Of a DNA stretch of 64,000 nt, positions 10,171 through 17,960 are shown piece after piece. The notes below the pieces were generated by a model. That model worked only from the letters and a program-made list of their open reading frames with translations. It was not told where the DNA came from and searched no databases. The position numbers and the translations under genes are program-made. Source of the stretch: Rhodospirillales bacterium (lineage in GTDB: Bacteria > Pseudomonadota > Alphaproteobacteria > Rhodospirillales > JASLQF01). Numbering within the stretch: position 1 is the first letter of the stretch; the number at the start of each line of letters is the position of its first letter. The stretch spans positions 66,506-130,505 of the forward strand of contig JASLQF010000044.1 of the NCBI GenBank assembly GCA_030744625.1, read 5' to 3'.

Positions 10171-11811
10171 ATGCTAACGCGGGCGCCAAGTTACGACGAG
10201 GTTTGCCGGGCGCTGCGGTGGCGCCTCCCCGAATTCTTCAACATGGGTGTCGACGTCTGCGACAAACACGCCGACGCCACGCCCCAGCGGACGGCGCTTA
10301 TCGTCGTCGACGAAGACGGCGACGTCACCGCCTACAGCTTCCTCGCCCTCAAGATGCTATCCAACAAACTGGCCAACCTGCTGGTCGCCAAGGGGCTGGC
10401 GCCCGGCGAGCGTATCGGCATCCTGCTGTCGCAGTCGGTGGAGACCGCCATCGCCCATATCGCCGCCTGGAAGGTGGGATGCGTCTCCATTCCGCTGTTT
10501 ACCCTGTTCGGCGAGGACGCGCTCGAGTACCGGCTGGCCAACAGCGGCGCCCGCGTCCTCGTCACCGACGCCGCCAATGCCGCCAAGGTAGACGCCATGC
10601 GCGATCGCCTGCCCCACCTGCAACACCTGCTGGTGACGGACGCCGCGAAGGAAGGCGGTGGCATCGTCGACTTGTGGCGCGCCCTTGAGGCCGCCTCCGA
10701 CGATTTTACGCCGGTCAGGACGCGCGCCGAGGATCCCGCCCTCATCATCTACACGTCGGGCACGACGGGCAATCCGAAGGGGGCGCTCCATGCCCACCGC
10801 GTGCTCCTCGGCCACCTTCCAGGGGTCGAGTTCCCTCACGAGTTCTTCCCCCGGGAAGGAGACCTCATGTGGACGCCGGCCGATTGGGCCTGGATCGGCG
10901 GCTTGATGAACGTCCTCATGTCGTCCTGGCACCACGGGGTCCCGGTGCTCGCCTACCGGGCCCGCAAGTACGACCCCGAGGACGCCCTCAGGCTGATGGC
11001 CGAGCATGGCGTGCGCAACACCTTCATGCCACCGACGGCGCTGCGCCTGATGCGCCAGGTGCCGGACATCGCCAAGCGTTTCACCCTCTCCCTGCGCACC
11101 GTGACCTGCGCCGGCGAACCCATGGGGGCGGAGCTTCTGGAGTGGGGACGCGAGACCTTCGGCATCACCCTCAACGAATACTACGGCCAGACCGAATGCA
11201 ACCTGGTGGTTGCCAACTGTGCCGCCCTGATGGAGGTCAGGCCCGGTTCCATGGGGCGCGCGGTGCCCGGACACCAGGTTGAGATCATCGACGAAGAGGG
11301 CGCCGTGATGGCCCCAAACGCCCTTGGCAGAATCGCCGTCAGGCGCCCCGACCCCGTAATGTTCCTGCAATACTGGGACGACGCCGATGCGACGCGCCGC
11401 AAGTTCATCGGCGATTGGCTGGTCACCGGAGACCAGGGCTGCAAGGACGAAGAAGGTTATCTGTGGTTCTTGGGACGCGACGACGACGTCATCACGTCGG
11501 CCGGCTACCGCATCGGACCCGGCGAGATCGAGGACTGCTTGGGCAAGCACCCGGCGGTGTCGATGGCCGCCGTGGTGGGCGTTCCCGACAGGCTGCGCAC
11601 CGAAGCCGTCAAGGCGTTCGTCCTGTTGCGGCCCGGCGTGGCGGCCGACGAGGCCCTGGAAAATGATATCCGTGCCTTCGTCAAGACCCGGCTTTCGTCC
11701 CACGAGTATCCGCGCCTGATCGAGTTCGTGGACTCCTTACCCATGACCACGACCGGAAAAATCCGCCGTCTCGACCTGAGAAACCGGGAACCCGCCGAGC
11801 CGGACGGGTGA
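10171..11811 (+). CDS. AMP-dependent acyl-CoA synthetase/ligase
   Basis: 546 aa with the AMP-binding motif IIYTSGTTGNPKGALH and a C-terminal TTGKIRR. Confidence 0.85.
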   Translation: MLTRAPSYDEVCRALRWRLPEFFNMGVDVCDKHADATPQRTALIVVDEDGDVTAYSFLALKMLSNKLANLLVAKGLAPGERIGILLSQSVETAIAHIAAWKVGCVSIPLFTLFGEDALEYRLANSGARVLVTDAANAAKVDAMRDRLPHLQHLLVTDAAKEGGGIVDLWRALEAASDDFTPVRTRAEDPALIIYTSGTTGNPKGALHAHRVLLGHLPGVEFPHEFFPREGDLMWTPADWAWIGGLMNVLMSSWHHGVPVLAYRARKYDPEDALRLMAEHGVRNTFMPPTALRLMRQVPDIAKRFTLSLRTVTCAGEPMGAELLEWGRETFGITLNEYYGQTECNLVVANCAALMEVRPGSMGRAVPGHQVEIIDEEGAVMAPNALGRIAVRRPDPVMFLQYWDDADATRRKFIGDWLVTGDQGCKDEEGYLWFLGRDDDVITSAGYRIGPGEIEDCLGKHPAVSMAAVVGVPDRLRTEAVKAFVLLRPGVAADEALENDIRAFVKTRLSSHEYPRLIEFVDSLPMTTTGKIRRLDLRNREPAEPDG

Positions 11812-11837
11812 AGGCCGGGCGCTCCAGGGTCCCGTCT

Positions 11838-12074
11838 CTAAACGCAGACCGGGTAAAGAGCCTCGATGACGAATCCGTCCTCGGGGGGGTAGCGCTCGCT
11901 GACCGTATTGCGCGCCTCGTCTTCGTCACGGGCCTCGACATCCTGAATGTGGACGTCGGCCCAATGATCGTCAAACAACGAGTGGCTCTGGTTTTCCTTT
12001 ACCAGCGCCCGAACCTCGCGGTTGTAGATGGCCGCCTCGAATGTTCTGTGCCCGTGCTTTGGCCAATGAAGCAT
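11838..12074 (-). CDS. Small hypothetical protein, paralog of 14389..14604
   Basis: The ATG at 12074 is preceded by AGAAAGG 8 nt upstream; the ORF-track TTG start at 12098 is less likely. 30 of 62 ungapped aligned residues are identical to the 71-aa ORF at 14389..14604. Confidence 0.55.
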   Translation of the reverse strand: MLHWPKHGHRTFEAAIYNREVRALVKENQSHSLFDDHWADVHIQDVEARDEDEARNTVSERYPPEDGFVIEALYPVCV

Positions 12075-12229
12075 CGTACAAGCCTTTCTGGTTGCCAATT
12101 CGGCGAGCCCGCCTCCAGCCGTAGCGTTGTTCCAATGGCACCGCCCGCGGGAAGCGCTATTTCGATGGTCGCGATTCCCGGATACCTTAACGGAGGATGG
12201 TTAATAAACTGTTTCGTGGCGATCGCCCT

Positions 12230-13681
12230 CTAACGTGGCGCCCTCAGGCGGTCGTCGGGCAGGCTCCAGCGGCGTTTTTCCACTTCCTCGCAGACGCTCG
12301 CGTAAGGATCGCCAGCCGAGCGGCCAAGCCCCATCTGCTCGACCGCGGCGAGCCCATTCAAGGCGGCCTCGCACTCGAACATCTGGACGAAGGCGGGACC
12401 GTGTCGCTTTTGGGGATCACTCCACATGGCGATCTCCTCCTCCATGGCACTCACCCGGGCGCGCAACCGCGCGCATTCCGCGCATTCCGGGCCAGCGCCG
12501 CCCCCCGGCAACCGGTCGAGCCGCGTCCGCGCCTCGGCAAGTTCCTCTCGCATGCGGAAGCTGCGCAGATGTTGCGCGGCGTGCGTCCCCTCGTGCACCA
12601 GGGAACGCGCCAGAATGGCCGGCGCGCCAGACAGTTTAAGGTTCTTGGGGATCAACACTACTCGCTCTTTTTCGGGATCGCCGCCAGGCAGATAGTAGGC
12701 GTTGCCGCTCGGATTCGAGCGTTTGAATTTCGACGGCGGATCGTAAACGATCCGGGTAATCAGGCTGACATAGCGGCGCAGATCACGGGAAAGTCCCTTG
12801 GCGATATCCAGCGCCATGGAGATCTGCTCGAAAAAAGGCGCGTTGTCGGCGTCCACGTAATCCGAACCTCGCAGGTTCACCCCCCGGTAACGCCTTTCGA
12901 GGGGGTCGGCGAACGCCACGCCACGGCTTCGGGCGTAGAGCAACTGGCGCACCCGCCGCAGCACCATGGATGCCACCTTGGACGGTTTGTCGTGCAACGC
13001 GTACTCGTCGGATATGGCCATGTGGGCATCGCCGCCCGAATCGATAATAATAACGCCGTCAACAAAATCCCTGACCCTGATCGACTTAATATATTGCAAA
13101 TAAATTAAATTAACCGGAGATTCTTTTACAGACGAATCAATTATATTTCTTACTCCATTGTTATACTTGTCTTCGCTGGAAAGAATGTAAACGCCCCTGT
13201 AGGTGATCACCGGTCTTCCCGCGTTCACGACGCGCCCGTCCACGTCGCCGAGGCTGGCCCGCAAGCAGTCGTCGAGCCGCGGCTTCCAATCCTCGACACT
13301 GGACAGGGCCGCTTGGCGTTGCTCCGGGGTGATCCTTTTGTCGAGATCGGCGAGGGCCAGGCGGGCGTGGAGTTCTCCGTCCGCGGAAGCGAGCCGCAAC
13401 AAAACGAACGCCCGCACCGGGTCCGCGCCAAGGCCGGCGCCGGACGCGTACATGCGGCCGAGTTGCGACTGGGCGGGACCGAAACCGCTGTCGGCAAGCG
13501 GCCTCCACGCGGCGGCGGCGGCGGCGAAATCGCCCGCCTCGAAGCTGTCGAGGCCGGACTCGTAGGCGCGCGCCATTCTTCCTCCGTCGCATTGAGCGGC
13601 CGCCCCGTCCCTAGGCCACGGAACCGTGAGTGTCGCGGTTACTAGGGCGACGGCGGCGAGGGCGACGTGGGGATATTGCAT
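12230..13681 (-). CDS. Secreted Sel1-repeat protein with C-terminal HExxH-containing domain
   Basis: 483 aa with a signal-like N-terminus. It has Sel1-type repeats (GPAQSQLGRMYASGAGLGADPVRAFVLLRLA) and then an uncharacterised ~330-aa region containing LVHEGTHAAQH. Confidence 0.65.
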   Translation of the reverse strand: MQYPHVALAAVALVTATLTVPWPRDGAAAQCDGGRMARAYESGLDSFEAGDFAAAAAAWRPLADSGFGPAQSQLGRMYASGAGLGADPVRAFVLLRLASADGELHARLALADLDKRITPEQRQAALSSVEDWKPRLDDCLRASLGDVDGRVVNAGRPVITYRGVYILSSEDKYNNGVRNIIDSSVKESPVNLIYLQYIKSIRVRDFVDGVIIIDSGGDAHMAISDEYALHDKPSKVASMVLRRVRQLLYARSRGVAFADPLERRYRGVNLRGSDYVDADNAPFFEQISMALDIAKGLSRDLRRYVSLITRIVYDPPSKFKRSNPSGNAYYLPGGDPEKERVVLIPKNLKLSGAPAILARSLVHEGTHAAQHLRSFRMREELAEARTRLDRLPGGGAGPECAECARLRARVSAMEEEIAMWSDPQKRHGPAFVQMFECEAALNGLAAVEQMGLGRSAGDPYASVCEEVEKRRWSLPDDRLRAPR

Positions 13682-13760
13682 ATTCGGGAATATTGCATCT
13701 TGACGGTCGGGTTGGCGCCGTCATCATAGCGCGCGAAGCGTTCCGACAGAAAGAGATAGC

Positions 13761-14360
13761 ATGGACAAGGCCATCGATTACTACTACTCGCTCATCTCGC
13801 CGTGGACGTACATGGGAGGGCCTCGTCTCGAGGAGATCGCGGCGCGACACGGCGCCACCATTGCCTACAAGCCGATAAAGCTGTCCGAGATATTTCCGGC
13901 CAGCGGAGGACTGCCGCTGGCCAAGCGCGCCCCCGCCCGCCAAGCGTACAGGTTGGCCGAGTTGGAGCGTTGGCGCACCTTCCTGGACATGCCCTTGAAC
14001 ATGCACCCCAAACACTTTCCGACTCCCGAATGGCCGGCCGCCGGCATGGTCATCGCGGCCCACCACCCGGGGCCCGAGCGCGGACGCTTGACCAACGCCC
14101 TCCTGCGGGCCGTATGGGTGGAAGAGCGCGACATCTCGGACAGGGAAACGTTGCAAGTCATCGCCGGGGAAAACAGCATGGACGGTAACGCCCTGCTCGC
14201 CCATGCCGAAGGGGGCGCCGCGAACGAGGAATATCAAGCCAACACGGCCGAGGCAATGGCGCTTGGGGTCTTCGGCGCGCCGACCTACGTCTACGGCGGC
14301 GAACTGTTCTGGGGGCAGGATCGTCTGGACTTCCTGGACAGGGCGCTGGCGCGCCCATAG
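13761..14360 (+). CDS. 2-hydroxychromene-2-carboxylate isomerase / DsbA-like thioredoxin-fold protein
   Basis: 199 aa. IDYYYSLISPWTYMG and VFGAPTYVYGGELFWGQDRLDFL are typical of the HCCA isomerase family. Confidence 0.8.
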   Translation: MDKAIDYYYSLISPWTYMGGPRLEEIAARHGATIAYKPIKLSEIFPASGGLPLAKRAPARQAYRLAELERWRTFLDMPLNMHPKHFPTPEWPAAGMVIAAHHPGPERGRLTNALLRAVWVEERDISDRETLQVIAGENSMDGNALLAHAEGGAANEEYQANTAEAMALGVFGAPTYVYGGELFWGQDRLDFLDRALARP

Positions 14361-14362
14361 CG

Positions 14363-14387
14363 GCCGCCGCTTCGGATTTTCGGCGGC
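14363..14387. terminator. Hairpin between convergent genes
   Basis: GCCGCCG-cttcggatttt-CGGCGGC lies between the stop at 14360 (+) and the stop at 14389 (-). Confidence 0.4.
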
Positions 14388-14388
14388 G

Positions 14389-14604
14389 TCACTCCTCCTG
14401 GACCTCCGAAACGCCCTGGATGACGAAACCCTTGGAAGACGGGTACTTGATCTCGATTTTATCACGCGCCGCCTGCTCGTCCCCGGCATTGACCTCGACA
14501 TAGTGGACATCCGCCCAGTCGTCGGTGAACTCCCGGTGCCGTTCGTCCTCTTTCACGCATCGCCGCACTTCCTCGTTGTGCAGCGCCACCTCGAACTTAG
14601 CCAT
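14389..14604 (-). CDS. Small hypothetical protein, paralog of 11838..12074
   Basis: 71 aa with an ATG start and an AGGGGTGG-like SD upstream. It shares the core FE.A..N.EVR..VKE...H..F.D.WADVH...V.A.DE..AR......YP...GFVI with the other copy. Confidence 0.6.
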   Translation of the reverse strand: MAKFEVALHNEEVRRCVKEDERHREFTDDWADVHYVEVNAGDEQAARDKIEIKYPSSKGFVIQGVSEVQEE

Positions 14605-14855
14605 TGGATTCGACCACCCCTATCTTCCGGTTCGACGACCGATTATGACCCATTTGTCCGCGCCAAGCCACCACATCGGTAACAACCGGGAAAATGAAAA
14701 ATACCCCAACATTGGAACGTGTTAACAGAATTTAAGTACTCTTGCAAAATAACCATGGTGTCCGGCTGCCGCCTTCGGCGTCTTTTGGCGCAAAAGGCCG
14801 GGTCATCGGGCCGACAATTGGCGCTGACATTTTATACGGATGCGGGTGAAGAATC

Positions 14856-15125
14856 ATGAGCGAACTGGCAAGAGCACCTTCTGTCTCCGACGAAGCCAAG
14901 AGAAGGCTTGAGCAGGCCAAGAGAAATCTTGAGCAGATCAAGAAGGAGGAAGAATCCCGCAAGCGCAGGATTGCCATGCGCAAAGACCGCGAGGAGCTCA
15001 TGGGGCGCCGGCGTCAACGGGGCTCGGCTTGGTGGATCAAGCCCCTGCTTACGTTCTCCATAATTTGCGCGGCGCTGATATGGATCGCCTGGAAATGGCC
15101 CACCTTGAAAGAAATTCTCACCTAG
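14856..15125 (+). CDS. Hypothetical tail-anchored protein (charged coiled-coil N-terminus, C-terminal TM helix)
   Basis: 89 aa: EAKRRLEQAKRNLEQIKKEEESRKRR... followed by WWIKPLLTFSIICAALIWIAWKW. I recognised no homology. Confidence 0.4.
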   Translation: MSELARAPSVSDEAKRRLEQAKRNLEQIKKEEESRKRRIAMRKDREELMGRRRQRGSAWWIKPLLTFSIICAALIWIAWKWPTLKEILT

Positions 15126-15156
15126 AAGATCGGATGGGTCTTTACCGTTACTGCGA

Positions 15157-15786
15157 TTACTCCGATCGGACGATTCGCCCCGACACGTTGCGCAGGCGTC
15201 CGGCCCGCGTCATGGAAACGATGACACAGCGGTCCCCGGCCTGCGTAACGATGGGAGCGTAGTTGCTCAGCCCCACCGAGAAGCCCTCGATGAGGTCAAG
15301 CTTGGTGAGTTTCCTGCCGATAATCCCGTACGCGACCTGACTATTTGCCAAGTCCGCCGCGGTCGGCCGGATCACCAGGTTTCCGGCATCCCTCAAGACG
15401 AACTCGAACCCCTCGCACACCACGAAGTTGTCTTGCTGCGGTGTACTGTTGGGCCATCCTCCCATCAGCTTCACGGCAGGCAGGAGCTCCTTGCACCGGG
15501 CCCTCATTTCCCTATCGCTGGCATCGCTGGAGAGACCCAAGATCTCGGCCACCGGTGGGTCGCTTTCCAGCCCTTCGTAGTAGCGGCGGAACAAGTCGCA
15601 GTGAAAAGTCTGCCAGGTCGCCGATTCCTCTTCCAGCTCGGCCTGTTTTACCTTTGCCTTGGCAATCTGATCGGGGGTCAATTCCACGACCTCCGGCTCG
15701 GGCTCGGGAGTCTTGTCCATGAGGGTCGGGACGACGATGGCGAGCCACGCCCCCACGGCGACCAGAAGCCCCGCTATGCAGCCCAA
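15157..15786 (-). CDS. Hypothetical single-pass membrane protein; the annotated start is a TTG and may be extended upstream by a frameshift
   Basis: 209 aa. The N-terminal TM segment is GCIAGLLVAVGAWLAIVVPTLM. The reading frame stays open upstream (KGNKKTKTKKEKKKTSSFLVKVVL) but contains no ATG or GTG. Confidence 0.55.
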   Translation of the reverse strand: MGCIAGLLVAVGAWLAIVVPTLMDKTPEPEPEVVELTPDQIAKAKVKQAELEEESATWQTFHCDLFRRYYEGLESDPPVAEILGLSSDASDREMRARCKELLPAVKLMGGWPNSTPQQDNFVVCEGFEFVLRDAGNLVIRPTAADLANSQVAYGIIGRKLTKLDLIEGFSVGLSNYAPIVTQAGDRCVIVSMTRAGRLRNVSGRIVRSE

Positions 15787-15914
15787 AACAACCTTAACAA
15801 GGAAACTCGATGTTTTCTTTTTTTCTTTTTTTGTTTTGGTTTTTTTGTTTCCTTTTCAGGCTTTGCACCGCCCTTGATCTTTTTCTTCTCTTTTTTGTCT
15901 GGTTTCTTGGCCAT
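15774..15914 (-). CDS. Lys-rich 46-codon ORF overlapping the start of the 209-aa gene (possible true N-terminus via -1 frameshift)
   Basis: My own translation is MAKKPDKKEKKKIKGGAKPEKETKKPKQKKKKRKHRVSLLRLFWAA*. It has an ATG start with AAGGGG 11 nt upstream. It is too short to appear in the ORF track. Confidence 0.3.
   Translation of the reverse strand: MAKKPDKKEKKKIKGGAKPEKETKKPKQKKKKRKHRVSLLRLFWAA
15825..15831 (-). other. A_AAA_AAG heptamer in the zero frame of the Lys-rich ORF (candidate -1 slippery site)
   Basis: In the ATG frame the codons read CA[A AAA AAG]. A -1 slip enters the frame of the 209-aa ORF. Confidence 0.3.
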
Positions 15915-16002
15915 TGTTCTTGGCACCCCTTACGTGCTTCCAGGTGAGCCGCTACACTCCCACCGTCCCCCGTTCGCGCCAGTATTAACGGTCATAAACC
16001 CC

Positions 16003-16596
16003 TCAACCGCCACCGAAGAGGCTTTTGAAGAAGGCTTTGATACGGTCCCGGATCATCGCCCACAAGAGGGACCCGGCATCGATCTGCGCGGCCGCCTCGC
16101 CCATCTTGGCCGGAGCGTCCGCATCCGCCGCTTCACCGCCCTGGGCGGCGTCCAGCTTGGCCTGGAGATTGGCGGCGAATTGCTTGGTCAGACGACCCGC
16201 CAGGTCGTTCACCAGACCGGGGCGGTTGAACTGGGCGAGCGCGCCCGCCAGGGTGAACTCGACAACGATATCGACGCGCGTCGACGCGCCCCCATTTTCC
16301 TCGACCAGTTTGTAACGCACCTCGCCCTTGGCACGTGAGCCGCTGCGGTTGTCCCGGCCGCCGCCCCGGATGACGCCTGCGAGCGCCTGGTCGTCGCGCT
16401 CGATGTCGCCCTCGCCCGCGAAATTGGCGCCGATCGGCCCCAACTTGACGCTGATGTTTCCTTCGACGTGCCGGCCGTCGGAGGGCGCCGTCAGCGAGGC
16501 CCCCGGCATGCACGTCACCACCTCGTCGATGTTCCCGAAAAAATTCCAAACCTGCCGGGGCGGGTGGTTTACATCGAAGCCCTGAGTCAATTCCAT
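16003..16596 (-). CDS. CoxG-family SRPBCC protein
   Basis: Starting from the internal ATG at 16596: MELTQGFDVNHPPRQVWNFFGNIDEVVTCMPGA..., a typical CoxG N-terminus. It lies downstream of the CoxS/M/L-type genes. The upstream part of the 246-aa track ORF overlaps the 2Fe-2S gene. Confidence 0.8.
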   Translation of the reverse strand: MELTQGFDVNHPPRQVWNFFGNIDEVVTCMPGASLTAPSDGRHVEGNISVKLGPIGANFAGEGDIERDDQALAGVIRGGGRDNRSGSRAKGEVRYKLVEENGGASTRVDIVVEFTLAGALAQFNRPGLVNDLAGRLTKQFAANLQAKLDAAQGGEAADADAPAKMGEAAAQIDAGSLLWAMIRDRIKAFFKSLFGGG

Positions 16597-16618
16597 TTCG
16601 TTATTCCATCGTTGGCGG

Positions 16619-17101
16619 CTAGACGCTCGCCACCTCCTTGCGCTCGGCGAGCACGCGCCTGATAGCCCGCACGATGCCGACGTAGCCCGTACATCGGCAG
16701 AGGTTTCCGCTGAGTTCCAGACGGATGCGGGACTCGTCGGCATCGGGTAGCCGGGCGATGATGTCGCGGGCCATGATCAGCATGCCCGGCGTGCAGTAGC
16801 CGCACTGCAGGCCATGCTCCTCGGTGAAGGCCTGTCTGAGGTGCGCCATCAGCTCATCGTCGTCGAAGTCCTCGATGGTACGCACGTCCGTGCCGTCGCA
16901 GGCCACCGCGAAGTTTATGCACGAACGCACGGGCTCTCCGTCCATGATCACCGTGCACGCGCCGCAAACCCCGTGCTCGCAACCCAGGTGCGTGCCGGTG
17001 AGCCTTTGGTCGTCGCGCAGAAAATCGGCTAGGTGCGTGCGCGGCTCGACCTCCGCCGTCACGGAGCGTCCGTTGATGGTTAGATTGACCGTCTTTTTCA
17101 T
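16619..17101 (-). CDS. (2Fe-2S)-binding small subunit of xanthine-dehydrogenase-family molybdoenzyme
   Basis: 160 aa with GCEHGVCGACTV and CGYCTPG cluster motifs. It overlaps the upstream gene by 4 nt. Confidence 0.9.
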   Translation of the reverse strand: MKKTVNLTINGRSVTAEVEPRTHLADFLRDDQRLTGTHLGCEHGVCGACTVIMDGEPVRSCINFAVACDGTDVRTIEDFDDDELMAHLRQAFTEEHGLQCGYCTPGMLIMARDIIARLPDADESRIRLELSGNLCRCTGYVGIVRAIRRVLAERKEVASV

Positions 17102-17934
17102 TTTGCCACCTGTTCAACGGCGCGCTTCAGAGCCACCGCGTGGATGTGCCGCTCCATGTCATCGAGATTGGTGTCGGCGCCGTCGACCAGGCGGCGCGCC
17201 GCGTCGAGATCGAAGGACGCCCCCGGGACACCGTTTCCGCCGAGCACCTCGGCGGCGTCGGCGATGGTGACCGGCGCCGCGTTGGTGGCGCCGATAACCA
17301 GGCGGTGCACCGAATGCTCGGCATCGACGAGCACCGCGCCGATGGCGTCGGCGAACTCGCCGGGCTTGCGGCATACCTTGTAGTAGCCCCACCGCGCATC
17401 CGCCGACAGCTTGGGGATACGGATTGCCTCGAGGATCTCGTCCTCCCCCATCACGGTCTCGAAAACACCGACGATGAATTCCGATACCGGAACCGTGCGG
17501 CTCCCCGATGGGCCGCGCACCACAGCCTCGGCGCCCAGCGCCGATAGCGCCGTCGGCCAATCGGCGGCGGGGTCGGCATGCGCCACGCTGCCCCCGATGG
17601 TGCCGCGGTTGCGCACCCCCCGGTAGGCGATGGCGCCGGCCACCGACGGCAGTGCCCCGCCGGTCACGTCGGGAACCTTGCCGTCCTCGATCATGGCGTG
17701 GGTCACGCAGGCGCCGAGCACCAGCGCCTCGCCGTCGTCCTCGACCCGGGTCAGTTCCGGGATCCGGGTGACGTCGACGAGCAGGCCGGGCTGCGCCAGG
17801 CGCAAGTTGAGCATCGGCCCCAGCGACTGGCCACCGGCCAGGACCTTGGCATAGACGTCGCCGCCGCCCCCGAGAAGCCGCAGGGCCCCGTCGAGATCGG
17901 CGGGGCGTTCGTAATCGAATTTTGCCGCTTTCAT
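17098..17934 (-). CDS. FAD-binding medium subunit (CoxM/XdhB-like)
   Basis: 278 aa: FDYERPADLDGAL...LAGGQSL..., with GTIGGSVAHADPAAD typical of the FAD-binding molybdopterin dehydrogenase subunit. Confidence 0.85.
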   Translation of the reverse strand: MKAAKFDYERPADLDGALRLLGGGGDVYAKVLAGGQSLGPMLNLRLAQPGLLVDVTRIPELTRVEDDGEALVLGACVTHAMIEDGKVPDVTGGALPSVAGAIAYRGVRNRGTIGGSVAHADPAADWPTALSALGAEAVVRGPSGSRTVPVSEFIVGVFETVMGEDEILEAIRIPKLSADARWGYYKVCRKPGEFADAIGAVLVDAEHSVHRLVIGATNAAPVTIADAAEVLGGNGVPGASFDLDAARRLVDGADTNLDDMERHIHAVALKRAVEQVAK

Positions 17935-17960
17935 AGACTCATTGCTCCAATTCCCAGGGA

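Noticed and set aside
15445-15540. A J-domain-like segment (VAEILGLSSDASDREMRARCKELL) in the 209-aa membrane protein.
   Set aside because: It resembles only helix I-II of a J domain, and no HPD tripeptide follows. This is too weak to call.
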